This document shows, piece after piece, positions 31,935-42,001 of a DNA stretch of 64,000 nucleotides (within the stretch, counting starts at the first letter, position 1; every line of letters starts with the position of its first letter). Below the pieces are notes generated by a model. That model saw only the letters and a list, made by a program, of their open reading frames with translations. It did not search any database and was not told the origin of the DNA. Location: NCBI GenBank assembly GCA_003022365.1, contig PXOU01000018.1, forward strand, positions 75,964 to 139,963, written 5' to 3'. The translations under genes were made by a program, and so were the position numbers. This DNA is from Candidatus Saccharibacteria bacterium QS_5_54_17. GTDB taxonomy: Bacteria > Patescibacteriota > Saccharimonadia > QS-5-54-17.

Positions 31935-33314
31935 ATGAAACCGCCATTAAAACAGATCTTCCGCTGGCTCAAATATCCGGCGTTGATATTGGGCATTGCG
32001 GCCGCGACCGTGGTGCTGGTCGCCTATGGGCGCGGCTATTTTTATGATTTGGAAACGGGGAAAATCGCCGGCGGCGGTTTGCTCTCCATTGATTCGGAAC
32101 CCGGCGACGCCCGCATCCGCGTTGACGACGCTCGGCGTGGCAGCACCGAAAATCGGATCCGACTGGCCTCAGGTACCTACACGGTCCAGTTGCGGCGGGA
32201 AGGTTACCGTTCCTGGACCAAAGAGTTATCTGTTCAGACCGCGGCGGTGACCTACGCGCGGTATCCGGTGCTGGTGCCCAACAAGGTACCTTCCGATCCG
32301 ATCCGAAATTTAAACGGGCTTAAATTTGTCTCCCAAAGCGATGATCAACGATATCTGGCCGCGGTGACGAGCACTGACGGCGGAGATCGGCTGCGGATCT
32401 TTCCGGCCGGCGGCCAATCTTCCTACCTGGCGTTGGCTCCCTCCGCTAAATACCCGAGCTTAAACATAAACATAACCGATCTCAGCTGGGCGCCTGACGC
32501 CTCGCGCGCATTTGTCCGGGCGGAAATTTCCAGCGGCTCCAAGCGGTACTTCGTCTTCAACCCTGGGGCCAAGCGGAGCGGCCGGGAGGTGGAGGCGATC
32601 GCTGGCGAGGTTTTCCGGCAGCCGATTTTCAGCCAAAGCAGCCAAGCCATATACGGGATCACGGACGATAACGTGTTGCGGCGCCTGGCTCTAAATCAAT
32701 CACCGCCCCGGCCTATCGCCCGTAATATCACCGCGTTCGATGTATACCAGGACGCCATCTATGCCCTGCAGCAAGCCTCTGGGGGCTCACAGCTGGTGCG
32801 AATCGAGGACGGTGAAACTCGATCGCTGTCTATTAATCATCTCCCCGGGGCGCACCAAATTGAGGCGATCCAGCATCAGGGTCAGCTACACCTGATGTTG
32901 CACAACACAGATCGGGCGCAGGTAACCCTGATTGCCAACCCTGCCTCCGGGGCCCCGGCTACCACCTCCTTGCCGCCCGGCGCGGCGGAGCGGGTCACCG
33001 TCAGCCCGGGCGGCGCATACGTCCTCATGTACAGCGGCAGCCATTTTACGACTTATGATCTAAAGCGTCAGCAAACGCATCGGTTCCGGCTGGCGGATAT
33101 GGCTACCGAGCCGCAGTGGTACACCGAGCATCACTTATTGGCAGTCAGCGGAGAAGGGGTGATACTGCTGGAGTTCGACGGCGCCAACCAGGAGTATCTG
33201 ACGGTCGCCCAGGACTTCCGGGTATTCGGCAATCATCAACAAGACACGGTGTATAGCATCCGGCGTAATCAGGTAACCAACCAACTACAGTTGCAGCGCA
33301 GCAACCTAAAATAG
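31935..33314 (+). CDS. PEGA domain membrane-anchored protein
   Basis: TM, then GLLSIDSEP..GTYTVQL..GYRSW; beta-propeller-like remainder. Confidence 0.85.
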   Translation: MKPPLKQIFRWLKYPALILGIAAATVVLVAYGRGYFYDLETGKIAGGGLLSIDSEPGDARIRVDDARRGSTENRIRLASGTYTVQLRREGYRSWTKELSVQTAAVTYARYPVLVPNKVPSDPIRNLNGLKFVSQSDDQRYLAAVTSTDGGDRLRIFPAGGQSSYLALAPSAKYPSLNINITDLSWAPDASRAFVRAEISSGSKRYFVFNPGAKRSGREVEAIAGEVFRQPIFSQSSQAIYGITDDNVLRRLALNQSPPRPIARNITAFDVYQDAIYALQQASGGSQLVRIEDGETRSLSINHLPGAHQIEAIQHQGQLHLMLHNTDRAQVTLIANPASGAPATTSLPPGAAERVTVSPGGAYVLMYSGSHFTTYDLKRQQTHRFRLADMATEPQWYTEHHLLAVSGEGVILLEFDGANQEYLTVAQDFRVFGNHQQDTVYSIRRNQVTNQLQLQRSNLK

Positions 33315-35582
33315 ATCGCCCATGAATTCGAAGAAGCTTCGGCTGGAGTCGCTGGGGAGCGCCGGTGAATCCTGACCAGAGGCGTTTTGGGGGTCGGTGT
33401 TCTGGCTGGGATCAGGCGTCACTTGTTTGGCCTGGACGATCAACCGTTGCCAACTGGTGCCCGGCGGCGTACAGGTAATCAGCGTTAAACGGGGTTGTTG
33501 GGTCTGCTTCAGCACGCTGGTGTTGGTGGGTTCGACCACCTTCTTGTTCTGGACTTTGTAGACATACCGAGTGCCCTGATAGTGCAGCACGATCTCATCT
33601 CCTCGCTGCATTTTGTCCAGCAGAATAAAGGCGAATTTGTACTTGCCGCTATCCCACCAGTTGTTGGAAGAGTGTCCGACAATTACCGTATTGCCGTTCT
33701 CGCCGGGTTTGGCTGTGGTGCCGTAGTGAACGACCCCGCGCTGGAGGGCCTTTTGCACCTTCTCTTCCTTGAAACTCGGTTCGTCGTAGACCACGGGCAC
33801 CTTAACATCGATCTGGGGGATAATGATGCGCGGCTTATCACCGACTGAGGGCTCGAGGTCCACCGAGCCCGAGGTGGACTGGATGCCGCCACTGGGAGTG
33901 GTTAAGTACTGCACCTGTCCCAGGATGACTTGGGCGTTGAATACGGCGAATATCAGCATGCCGAAACCGGCCGCTGAAACAGCCGATTTGAACCGGATTT
34001 TTTTCAACCAGTCACTGATACTCCCCGCCACTGCCAGGCCGCGGGCTTTCCAGCCTGTTTTTTGGTCGTCACCTAGGCCTGAGTCTCCGTCTTCCGGCGG
34101 GGCCCCGGTTTCCGGTGGGGCTTGGGGCGCGGCGGGAGCGGTGGCCGATGTCTCTTGTGCCGGTGTCTGTGTTGCTGGGGGGAGCTGGAAAGTCGCGTCG
34201 CTGGTTTGGGCGGCAGTTTCTCCGGCTGGTTGATTGGTTTGGCCGGCTTCCGGTGCGTTGGTTTGTGGTTGGGGTTGAGCTGGCGGTTGTTGGTCGGGGC
34301 TTGGCTGAGCGGTTAGTTGCGGCGCTTGCGGGGCTTGGAATTGCTGGGGCGGGGTTTCTTCGGCGGGTGGCGGCTGGATCTGCGCTTGACCCCCAGTAGT
34401 GGGTTCGGATGGTTGCAGTTGCTCGGGCTGAGGTGGTGGTTGCTCGGGTTGTGGCGGCGGTTGTTGCGGCTGAGGCGGTGTTTGCTCGAGGGGTTGCTCG
34501 GGTTGAGGTGGTGTTTGCTCGGGGGGTTGCCCCGTGGCGTTTGGTTGCCCTGCTTCGGCGGGGGCGGCAGGTTGCGGCACTTGCTCAGGCTGCGGCGGCG
34601 CAGGTGGTTCTGGTGCTGGTGGCGGCTGTTGCGTGGGTGGAGGTTGCTGCTGGTTTGGCGGCAACGGTTGTTGCTCGTTCTGCGCCGGGGGTGGTTGCTG
34701 GGGCTGGGGCGGCGCCACGTTCTCAGGCGGCTGCGCTCCAGGCGAGTCGGGTTGCGGCATTGGTTGCCCGGGCTGAGGTGGTGGTTGTTCGGGTTGTGGC
34801 GGCTCCACGGGTTGCGGTGGCGGTGCTTGCTCGAGGGGTTGCTCCGGCTGGGGCGGCGCCGGTTCTGGCGGCGCCGTGACTTGCTGCTGGGGTTCCGGTG
34901 ATGGAGCCTGGGAATTGGCGGGCGGTATGTCCTGGGGTTGCCCAGTTGGCGGCAACGGTTGTTGCTCGTTCTGCGGCACCGGCTGTTGCTCGTTCTGCGG
35001 CAACGGTTGTTGCTCGTCTTGCGGCAATGGTTGCGGCGGTTGTCCCTGCCCAGCGGCTTGATTCGGGTCGTTTGGTGGTTGCGGCGGCTGTTGGACATTG
35101 CCATCTGCCGGCGCCGGTTGGGGCGGCGGCCCGGATGCCTGGGTATCGCCGCCTTCGGCAACCGGTTGCGGGACGGGCGCCTCCCCGGTGTTGGCAAACT
35201 GCCCCACGTCCGGCGGTTGCAGTTGAAATTCCGGGGTCTGGGGTTGTTGGTATGGCTGGCCGTCTACCCCGACCGATGGCTGTTGGTCCGGGCGATCATT
35301 AACGTTTTGCCCGGCGTCCGATGGTTGATTGGGCGGCGGCTGGTCCGGTTCCCCCGTGGGCGGGGGCGGCTGGTCGCCAACTTGAGCAGGCGTGTCCTGT
35401 AATTGCACTGCGTCGTAGGGCGGATTTTGCCCCTGCGTGGGCGGGTTTGGTTGTGGCGACTGGTCTGGCCCCGGAGCCTGCTGGTCGGCGGACGCGTCCT
35501 GCTGAGGCGGTTCTGGCGGAGGAGCGTTGCTGGGCTCGCCATCCGATTGCAGTGGATACGGGTATTGGTGATTATCGTCCAT
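33306..35582 (-). CDS. Sortase with very long Pro/Gln-rich N-terminus
   Basis: GVVHY, GNTVIVGHS, LTLITCTPPG..RLIV; TM before the catalytic domain. Confidence 0.9.
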   Translation of the reverse strand: MDDNHQYPYPLQSDGEPSNAPPPEPPQQDASADQQAPGPDQSPQPNPPTQGQNPPYDAVQLQDTPAQVGDQPPPPTGEPDQPPPNQPSDAGQNVNDRPDQQPSVGVDGQPYQQPQTPEFQLQPPDVGQFANTGEAPVPQPVAEGGDTQASGPPPQPAPADGNVQQPPQPPNDPNQAAGQGQPPQPLPQDEQQPLPQNEQQPVPQNEQQPLPPTGQPQDIPPANSQAPSPEPQQQVTAPPEPAPPQPEQPLEQAPPPQPVEPPQPEQPPPQPGQPMPQPDSPGAQPPENVAPPQPQQPPPAQNEQQPLPPNQQQPPPTQQPPPAPEPPAPPQPEQVPQPAAPAEAGQPNATGQPPEQTPPQPEQPLEQTPPQPQQPPPQPEQPPPQPEQLQPSEPTTGGQAQIQPPPAEETPPQQFQAPQAPQLTAQPSPDQQPPAQPQPQTNAPEAGQTNQPAGETAAQTSDATFQLPPATQTPAQETSATAPAAPQAPPETGAPPEDGDSGLGDDQKTGWKARGLAVAGSISDWLKKIRFKSAVSAAGFGMLIFAVFNAQVILGQVQYLTTPSGGIQSTSGSVDLEPSVGDKPRIIIPQIDVKVPVVYDEPSFKEEKVQKALQRGVVHYGTTAKPGENGNTVIVGHSSNNWWDSGKYKFAFILLDKMQRGDEIVLHYQGTRYVYKVQNKKVVEPTNTSVLKQTQQPRLTLITCTPPGTSWQRLIVQAKQVTPDPSQNTDPQNASGQDSPALPSDSSRSFFEFMGDLF

Positions 35583-35705
35583 ATGATTGGCTATTCTCCA
35601 CTTGGTATAGTAAAATTAACCACGTTAATACTCAAGTTACCCGGCGTTTTTGGGCTGCCGGCGCCAGGAGTATCGGCGGTACGCAAAGCAGATCATTAAA
35701 ATCAG

Positions 35706-35786
<81 letters not shown>

Positions 35787-35791
<5 letters not shown>

Positions 35792-35870
35792 TTCGACAAG
35801 CTCATGGTAAACCACATTCGACTCGTTTTACCTTCGTAAAACTCGCTCATGGTAAACCATTCTTGCTCAT
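35787..35870 (+). repeat. TTCGAC..GCTCA-type palindromic repeats abutting the tRNA 3' end
   Basis: ATTCGAC-x-GCTCATGGTAAACCA twice plus a degenerate third unit. Confidence 0.65.
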
Positions 35871-36497
35871 CTATCCTTGTTCTTCTGCAGAACTGACGTT
35901 GTGTTGACGGGAAAATTCGGCAATTGCCGCGTCGTAATCACCTTCAGCACCGATCCAACTCCAAAAATCCTGGAAATCATCCTCGATATTCTCGATCCGC
36001 ACCTCCATGGAGCACTTATCCCTCAGGAAATGGGCGATATTGGCATTCACCGTGTCGTAATAGAATCGGCAGATTTCTATGCGTTGCTCTTCGTTCCATG
36101 GGGCAGGCCGGGCGATAATGGGATGGGCGAATGCCAGTATAATGCCGGGACCCGGGTGTCGTTCCCGGTGCTTCCGGTATGCCCGTATGATCGGATTTTT
36201 ATACTCTTTCCATGGCGGAGGATCTTCCTTCCAGCGTTTCAGAAAGCTTTGGGCGACAGCTTCCCGATCCCGGACAAGATGTACGAACCGCGCGTCGGGA
36301 TATTTTTCGCCTAAAACGCCAAGGAACCATGCCAGACGATTATCGACCTCTATGTGATTATCGGGATACTCGAGTCGCTGGGAGGGCGGCATTTCATGCC
36401 GTGATTCATGGCCGGCCGAAAAATTAGTCATGTGTTCACACCCGCGAGCAAAGGACAGTGAGCCGCATCTTCCGGTGTTTAGTACAAAAACCCGCAT
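35871..36497 (-). CDS. Sulfotransferase-like protein
   Basis: VFVLNTGRCGS PAPS-binding loop, HE, FVHLVRD..VAQS. Confidence 0.75.
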   Translation of the reverse strand: MRVFVLNTGRCGSLSFARGCEHMTNFSAGHESRHEMPPSQRLEYPDNHIEVDNRLAWFLGVLGEKYPDARFVHLVRDREAVAQSFLKRWKEDPPPWKEYKNPIIRAYRKHRERHPGPGIILAFAHPIIARPAPWNEEQRIEICRFYYDTVNANIAHFLRDKCSMEVRIENIEDDFQDFWSWIGAEGDYDAAIAEFSRQHNVSSAEEQG

Positions 36498-36578
36498 GTG
36501 TGGATGGTACCACGCCATGAGGTTATCGCACCGGGTACTTTGTCGTCTCTTTCAGTTTGTTATGGTACTGTAATATAC

Positions 36579-37100
36579 ATGGACTCTGTGAGTATTGCCA
36601 CTGCTTCCGGTGCTGTTCGAGAGGAGCAAGTTAAGAAAATTCTTGAGAACATATTGGAAAAATATGAACTTGCACCCTACACCTTTACGGACACGGTTCG
36701 AATAGAAAGTTACGTAAAACCCCACAGCCACCCCGTCCTGACACTCAATACCTATAAGTTTGATGAACACCACCTACTCAGCGTGTATGTACATGAACAA
36801 ATCCATTGGTTCCTGGACGAGAAAGAACAAAAAGCTGAAGCTGTCATCGCTGAATTGCGCGAGCACTATGAGGAAGTTCCGGTCGGCGACCCGGAAGGCG
36901 CACCTAGTGAATACTCCACCTACCTCCATCTTATCGTCTGCCCCTTGGAGTACACGGCATTAAAACGCTTGCTCGGCGACCCCGCAGCCAAAGAATTACT
37001 GCACGAAAAAAATTTCTACCAATGGATTCACAAGACCACTATCCACGATTATGAATTTCTTATGGATATTATTCGCAAACATGGGCTGGAAATAGAGTAA
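36579..37100 (+). CDS. Hypothetical protein with HExxH motif
   Basis: PHSHPVLTLN, VHEQIHW, YLHLIVC..E. Confidence 0.75.
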   Translation: MDSVSIATASGAVREEQVKKILENILEKYELAPYTFTDTVRIESYVKPHSHPVLTLNTYKFDEHHLLSVYVHEQIHWFLDEKEQKAEAVIAELREHYEEVPVGDPEGAPSEYSTYLHLIVCPLEYTALKRLLGDPAAKELLHEKNFYQWIHKTTIHDYEFLMDIIRKHGLEIE

Positions 37101-37122
37101 AGTCATATCGCGTTAATACGGG

Positions 37123-37890
37123 TCAATAACTTTCCTTCGTCTGCCAAGCCGCAGTGGTCAACGCTTCGAATTCCCGAGTGTGCTGGGCGTAGAACACCGC
37201 TGCTGTGGCGGCTAATCGCGCCGGATCAATGTTATGGGCGGGTGTCATGCTGATTTGTTCGCGGCCGCCTACCAGGATATGTTCCTCGCTGCGGCACACG
37301 ATGTAGTTATCTAATTCTTCCGTTAACCCGGCCAGTAATCGCTGCTCTTTCTGTAGATCCGGCGTTTTAGTGTATACGGCAATGCCAAGTTTCTGCGCCA
37401 ATTCCGACAATGCTTGAGGTCCCGCTATCAACGCGCCGGCTCTCCGTAAGACGGCTGGGGCGTGCAGTAGTGAACGGATGATCTCATCAGTGATGATCAC
37501 CGGGCTGTCACTTCCTTCCAGTAACGATTCCAGGAGTCCGATCGTTTCGGTGTTCCGGCTCAATTCACCCGGCAACAGAACGGCGGAAGCTTCTTCCATA
37601 TAAGCTCGGATGCTGTTTTCTGCCTCCCGGGACAGGGATCCGGCTGGTGTGTCGGCCATGAATTCCACGTCGGGAATGTTGCCGGTGTAGCTGCGAACCG
37701 ACCGCGGCAGTGCCACCGTTACCTTGCCCGCCCCAGCCCCGCGGGCGGCTTGATAGGCTTCTTGGGTCCGGCTGAATTGCTGGCTATGCCCGCCGATGAT
37801 GAGTAGTGTCCGCCCGAGCCGCCGGTTGACCGGCTGGTTCCACAAAACTTCCGGGAAAGCCGGCTCATCGGTTTGTTTAACCAAGGACAT
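37123..37890 (-). CDS. Carbohydrate-kinase/NAD(P)HX dehydratase-like protein, divergent
   Basis: LLIIGGH..AARGAGAGKVTV resembles the YjeF_C N-terminus. Confidence 0.65.
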   Translation of the reverse strand: MSLVKQTDEPAFPEVLWNQPVNRRLGRTLLIIGGHSQQFSRTQEAYQAARGAGAGKVTVALPRSVRSYTGNIPDVEFMADTPAGSLSREAENSIRAYMEEASAVLLPGELSRNTETIGLLESLLEGSDSPVIITDEIIRSLLHAPAVLRRAGALIAGPQALSELAQKLGIAVYTKTPDLQKEQRLLAGLTEELDNYIVCRSEEHILVGGREQISMTPAHNIDPARLAATAAVFYAQHTREFEALTTAAWQTKESY

Positions 37891-38584
37891 AAGTTCCATC
37901 CTTTTTCTTTAACTCGTAAATGACATCCTTTCGTTCAACGATAACTTCCCAACCGTGTCTTTGCGCCGCAACAAATAGTTTCCGGTTCGGATTGAAGGCG
38001 ATCGGCCGTTGCACGAGTTCCAGGAACGTAGAGTCGCTCTCCGTGTCGCCGACGCCTACGCTATTTTCGTATGTCAGACCGTAATCATCCATAAATTGCT
38101 TTAGTATCTTATCCTTGGCAGCGGATTGAAATTCTCCTGTATATTTTCCATTTTCAAGCGTGCTGATTTTGCCGGAAGTCGCGTCGAAACCGTATTGTTG
38201 AGCGAATAATGCAACCACTTCTTGGGGTGACCCGGAAATAGCTAATAGGAAATGAGAAGCCTTTAATTCATCGATTAATTGACGAGTGCATCGATAGGTG
38301 TGTTTGGCCATGCGCTGGATAACTTCACCTGCTACGTCTCGCACGATTCGTTGTTCCATGCCCACTGTGTGTTTGTTGAAAGCTGCTACTACGTCCTGGA
38401 CATAATTTTCATATGATCCCTCCCTGTTCAGCCATCGTTGCCGGGATTCGATGTACTCATCTTTTACGTGTTCCGGCAGTTTTTCACTTCGAAGCAACTC
38501 TTCAATCAGTTCAATCACAAGGCTTGAACGGAAAATCGTGCCGTCGATGTCGAAAACGGCCACCGGTTGTTTATGCTTTGCCAT
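37877..38584 (-). CDS. HAD-IB family hydrolase
   Basis: FDIDGT, ISGS, K, GDTESD, NPN. Confidence 0.9.
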   Translation of the reverse strand: MAKHKQPVAVFDIDGTIFRSSLVIELIEELLRSEKLPEHVKDEYIESRQRWLNREGSYENYVQDVVAAFNKHTVGMEQRIVRDVAGEVIQRMAKHTYRCTRQLIDELKASHFLLAISGSPQEVVALFAQQYGFDATSGKISTLENGKYTGEFQSAAKDKILKQFMDDYGLTYENSVGVGDTESDSTFLELVQRPIAFNPNRKLFVAAQRHGWEVIVERKDVIYELKKKDGTYVLG

Positions 38585-38963
38585 GACGATAGTTCTTTTT
38601 TATATTTTCATAATCCTTGGGGTCGTCAGACTCCTGATTGAATGTTTCTACCGGATATTTTTCAGCGGCGTGTGCCAACTTATTTTTTACGGCATCGGCG
38701 ACATCGATTCCGGAAGCATTGGCGAAATAGAGGCAATAAATGATAACGTCGGCCAGCTCGTCCTTGATTTTCTCGTCTTTCTCCTGACCCGTAACCGTAT
38801 ATTCACCCCATTGGTAGTGTTCCATGAGTTCGGCGGCTTCGATGGCGATAGAAACGGCCAGGTTTTTCGGTGTATGGTGCTTACCCCAATTCCTTGCTTT
38901 GATGAAATCATCCGCTTTTTGCCGGAGCTCATGTATCGTGGTTCGCCGATCTTGATCATTCAT
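38571..38963 (-). CDS. MazG-like nucleotide pyrophosphohydrolase
   Basis: RNW..HTPKNLA..EAAELME..DELADV..KYP. Confidence 0.9.
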   Translation of the reverse strand: MNDQDRRTTIHELRQKADDFIKARNWGKHHTPKNLAVSIAIEAAELMEHYQWGEYTVTGQEKDEKIKDELADVIIYCLYFANASGIDVADAVKNKLAHAAEKYPVETFNQESDDPKDYENIKKNYRHGKA

Positions 38964-39798
38964 TTACCAATCCTTTTAATCTGTCCAGGTTTTCTTTGTC
39001 CGGTCCTTTATTTTCTATACCCGGAACCTCCAGAACGGCCGACATATCACTGAACCGGGTATCATTCACGATAGCCCGGAACGCTTCATAGCCGATATAG
39101 CCGTCGCCGATGTTCTCGTGCCGGTCTTTGTAGGTGCCGATGTCGTGCATTGAGTCGTTCAGATGCAACACCGAGAGCCGGTCCAGCCCAATGGCGTCAT
39201 CGAATTGATTGAGGAGCTGTTCCCAATCCTCAGCCGTGCGGAGGTCGTAGCCGGAGGTAAAGGCATGGGCCGTGTCCAGGCAGACTTTTAAGCAGGGATG
39301 GTTGTCGCACGCTTCGATAATTCGCCCCAACTCCTGGAACGTACCGCCGATCAAGTCACCGGCGCCGGCCGAGTTTTCCAGAATCACTTCGGCCTCCGTG
39401 TCGCTGGCCAGTACTTCCATCAGGCAATCACGGATGCGGGGCAACGCGGCTTCAAAACCTTCGCCCTTGTGGGAACCCAAATGGGTGACCGCCCCGCGGG
39501 CGCCGAGGGTGTCGCAATTCTCCAGGGCCGTAATAAAGGCTTGGGTCGATTTCCGGCGGTGTTCCTCGTCGGCCGTGCCGTAGCTGGTCAGGTACATAAC
39601 GTGGATAAAAGTTTCCGCCAGACCGTGTTCTTCCATGGCGGCGGCGAATTTTTCGCCCTGCTCCCGGCTATAGGTCGGCTGCTTCCACATCCGGGGACTG
39701 CCGGCGAAAATCTGGACCGTTTCCCCGCCTTCGGCCGCTGCCCGGCCCGGCGCATTTTCCACTCCCCCGCCGGAGCGTACGTGCAAGCCAAGCATCAT
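38956..39798 (-). CDS. nfo: Endonuclease IV
   Basis: LGLHV, QIF, THLGSH, LENSAG, CLDTAH, HLNDS, DRHENIG, LE. Confidence 0.93.
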   Translation of the reverse strand: MMLGLHVRSGGGVENAPGRAAAEGGETVQIFAGSPRMWKQPTYSREQGEKFAAAMEEHGLAETFIHVMYLTSYGTADEEHRRKSTQAFITALENCDTLGARGAVTHLGSHKGEGFEAALPRIRDCLMEVLASDTEAEVILENSAGAGDLIGGTFQELGRIIEACDNHPCLKVCLDTAHAFTSGYDLRTAEDWEQLLNQFDDAIGLDRLSVLHLNDSMHDIGTYKDRHENIGDGYIGYEAFRAIVNDTRFSDMSAVLEVPGIENKGPDKENLDRLKGLVNE

Positions 39799-39869
39799 AG
39801 TAGTTCTCCCACTCCACTTAAAAACATAGTTAAATTGTATCCCACCTGCGAAAATTTCCAAAAGCAGCC

Positions 39870-40160
39870 TATAGTATCCCGGCTTATTGAACACCTTCCC
39901 TGCATTAAACAACGAAGTGGGTGTTCACGGGCGTAGCACCGGAACCATTCGGAACCATTATAAAAATGCGGCAACAAAAACCGGACTGAACGTTATTTCT
40001 GCATATATCATCCTGAACCTGCCTGCCGGCAGGCAGGCTTGTTTCAGGATCTGTTTCAGAGCCGGATTCCGATCCGGGATCGTTTCCCTGTTGCAGAATG
40101 AGATTCCGAACCAAGTTCGGAATGACAAAGAGGGTTCAATAAGTTTCTGTCACACTAAGA
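39870..40160 (+). repeat. Composite REP/MITE-like element, copy 3
   Basis: TATAGTATCCCGGCTTATTGAACACC..GTTCAATAAG; left half homologous to 130-260; nested CCTGCCTGCCGGCAGGCAGG. Confidence 0.85.
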
Positions 40161-40279
40161 AGCGGGCATCTGTGTGCCGCTTTTGCTCCCCCGCCCGAAC
40201 TGGCGGATTCATCCCCCATACCCAGGGCACCCCCTGGATATGCTATGCTGACGGAGGTGATTTTGCGAGAATACAGGTT

Positions 40280-41896
40280 ATGAAAACGGCTCCTGAAGAT
40301 CCTTATCACGACTGGACCCAGCGTATGCTGGAGATCATGACCGGCGCCATGTCCTGGGCGTTTTTTCTGCTTTTGATTCTGCTGAGCTATTTTGCCATCC
40401 CCTGGGCCGCCTATCTATTAATCGCCTACATTTTGCTGTGGTTTATCAAGATCCTGGGCTACAGCAGCCGGTTGGTACGCGGCTATTGGCACATCAAGCT
40501 CACCGAACAGATCGATTGGTACGCAAGGTTGAATGATCTAAGACAACCGGCCCAAGCATTGGGAGTTTTGGATGATGACATCAAGCACACCTCCGGGTGG
40601 CGGCAAAGGGCTGTCTTGCGGTTTTACCGGCATTTACTAAGGAGGGCCGCCGAAAATGAAGAAGCGATGTTGGATCCGGATCGGGTGCGGCATGTGGCGC
40701 TGATCTCCATTTACAACGAAGACATAGCCATTCTGGAGGACACCATCCAATCGGTGATAGCTGCCAATTACGACACGTCGGAGATGTTTCTGGTAATCGC
40801 TTACGAGGAGCGTGGCGGGCCTCAAATCGAAGCCGGCGTGGGTGATCTGTTGTCCCGTTACGAGGGATATTTCGCCGTAGCTGAAGCCGTCAAACACCCC
40901 GATGACATCAAAACCAAAGCCGCCAACATTACCCACGCAGCTACCTGGCTAACCCGCTATATCCGCCAGCACAATATCGACCCGGAACAGGTGGTAGTTA
41001 CTACCTTGGACGTGGACAGTCGCCCCAGCGAGCAGTATTTCGCCGAGTTAACCTATCGGTACGCGATAACGCCCAACCGGGTGCATATGTCGTATCAACC
41101 GATTTCAATGTTTTTCAATAATATATGGGACGCGCCGGCCTTAATCCGGGTGGTAGCCGCCTGCAACAGCTTCTGGGTGCTCATGGAAGCATTGCGGCCG
41201 CACCGGTTACGCAACTTCTCCGCCCACGGACAGAGCCTGCAAACGCTGATCGATACCGATTACTGGAACCAGCGATCCATCGTCGAAGATGGACACCAGT
41301 ACTGGCGTACCTACTTCACCTACGCCGGCGACCACCAGGTTTCACCCGTCTATAGCCCCATTTACCAGGACGCGGTGCTGGTAGAAGGCTATTGGCGGAC
41401 GTTCAAAGCCCAGTTTTATCAGTTAAGACGGTGGGTATACGGCGTGGTGGATACTCCCTACGTGGTCCGCCGCAGTTTTCATGAGCCCGGCATCAGCTGG
41501 TCCAGCAAACTGATCCATATATATCGGCAAATCGAAGCTTATTTCAGTCTGGCGGTGGGGCCGATCGTGCTGGCCATTGGCGGCTGGCTACCCCTACTCC
41601 TGCATGCCGAAGGCACTAATTCGGTGTTGGCCTTGCAGTTACCGACCATCGTCGGGGTCATCCAAACGCTGGCGCTGTTGGGGCTGGTGGCACCTATCAT
41701 CAGTAGTTTGATCACCATACCGCCCCGTCCCGACCGGTATTCCTGGACCCGGAGCGTCATGATGGTGGCCCAATGGGTATTCGTGCCGGTGACACTGGTG
41801 GTGTTCGGCAGCTTCGCCGCCTTGAACGCCCAAACCCGGGTTTTACTCGGCAAATACCTAAGCTCCTTCAATGTGACGGAGAAGAAACGTGTCTGA
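40280..41896 (+). CDS. Membrane glycosyltransferase family 2
   Basis: YNED, KAAN, DVDS, IVED, QLRRW motifs; TM helices at both ends. Confidence 0.88.
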   Translation: MKTAPEDPYHDWTQRMLEIMTGAMSWAFFLLLILLSYFAIPWAAYLLIAYILLWFIKILGYSSRLVRGYWHIKLTEQIDWYARLNDLRQPAQALGVLDDDIKHTSGWRQRAVLRFYRHLLRRAAENEEAMLDPDRVRHVALISIYNEDIAILEDTIQSVIAANYDTSEMFLVIAYEERGGPQIEAGVGDLLSRYEGYFAVAEAVKHPDDIKTKAANITHAATWLTRYIRQHNIDPEQVVVTTLDVDSRPSEQYFAELTYRYAITPNRVHMSYQPISMFFNNIWDAPALIRVVAACNSFWVLMEALRPHRLRNFSAHGQSLQTLIDTDYWNQRSIVEDGHQYWRTYFTYAGDHQVSPVYSPIYQDAVLVEGYWRTFKAQFYQLRRWVYGVVDTPYVVRRSFHEPGISWSSKLIHIYRQIEAYFSLAVGPIVLAIGGWLPLLLHAEGTNSVLALQLPTIVGVIQTLALLGLVAPIISSLITIPPRPDRYSWTRSVMMVAQWVFVPVTLVVFGSFAALNAQTRVLLGKYLSSFNVTEKKRV

Positions 41897-42001
41897 GAAC
41901 CGTCGATATTCACCACCCGGGTCACCGGAATCCGTAACCTTTCCCGACGGATTTCTCTGGGGTGCTTCGACCGCGGCACACCAGGGAGAAATATAAACCG
42001 G

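Noticed and set aside
34230-35500. Non-coding tandem repeats or overlapping Gly/Cys/Arg-rich ORFs
   Set aside because: Explained by the Pro/Gln codons of the sortase; the other frames are shadows.
39887-40279. N-terminal extension of the GT2 ORF (also 30510-30596 for GT4)
   Set aside because: It reads through a repeat element; downstream ATGs give normal starts.
41900-42000. Hairpins between GT2 and thermonuclease (also 42677-42720)
   Set aside because: Position and size fit ordinary terminators.
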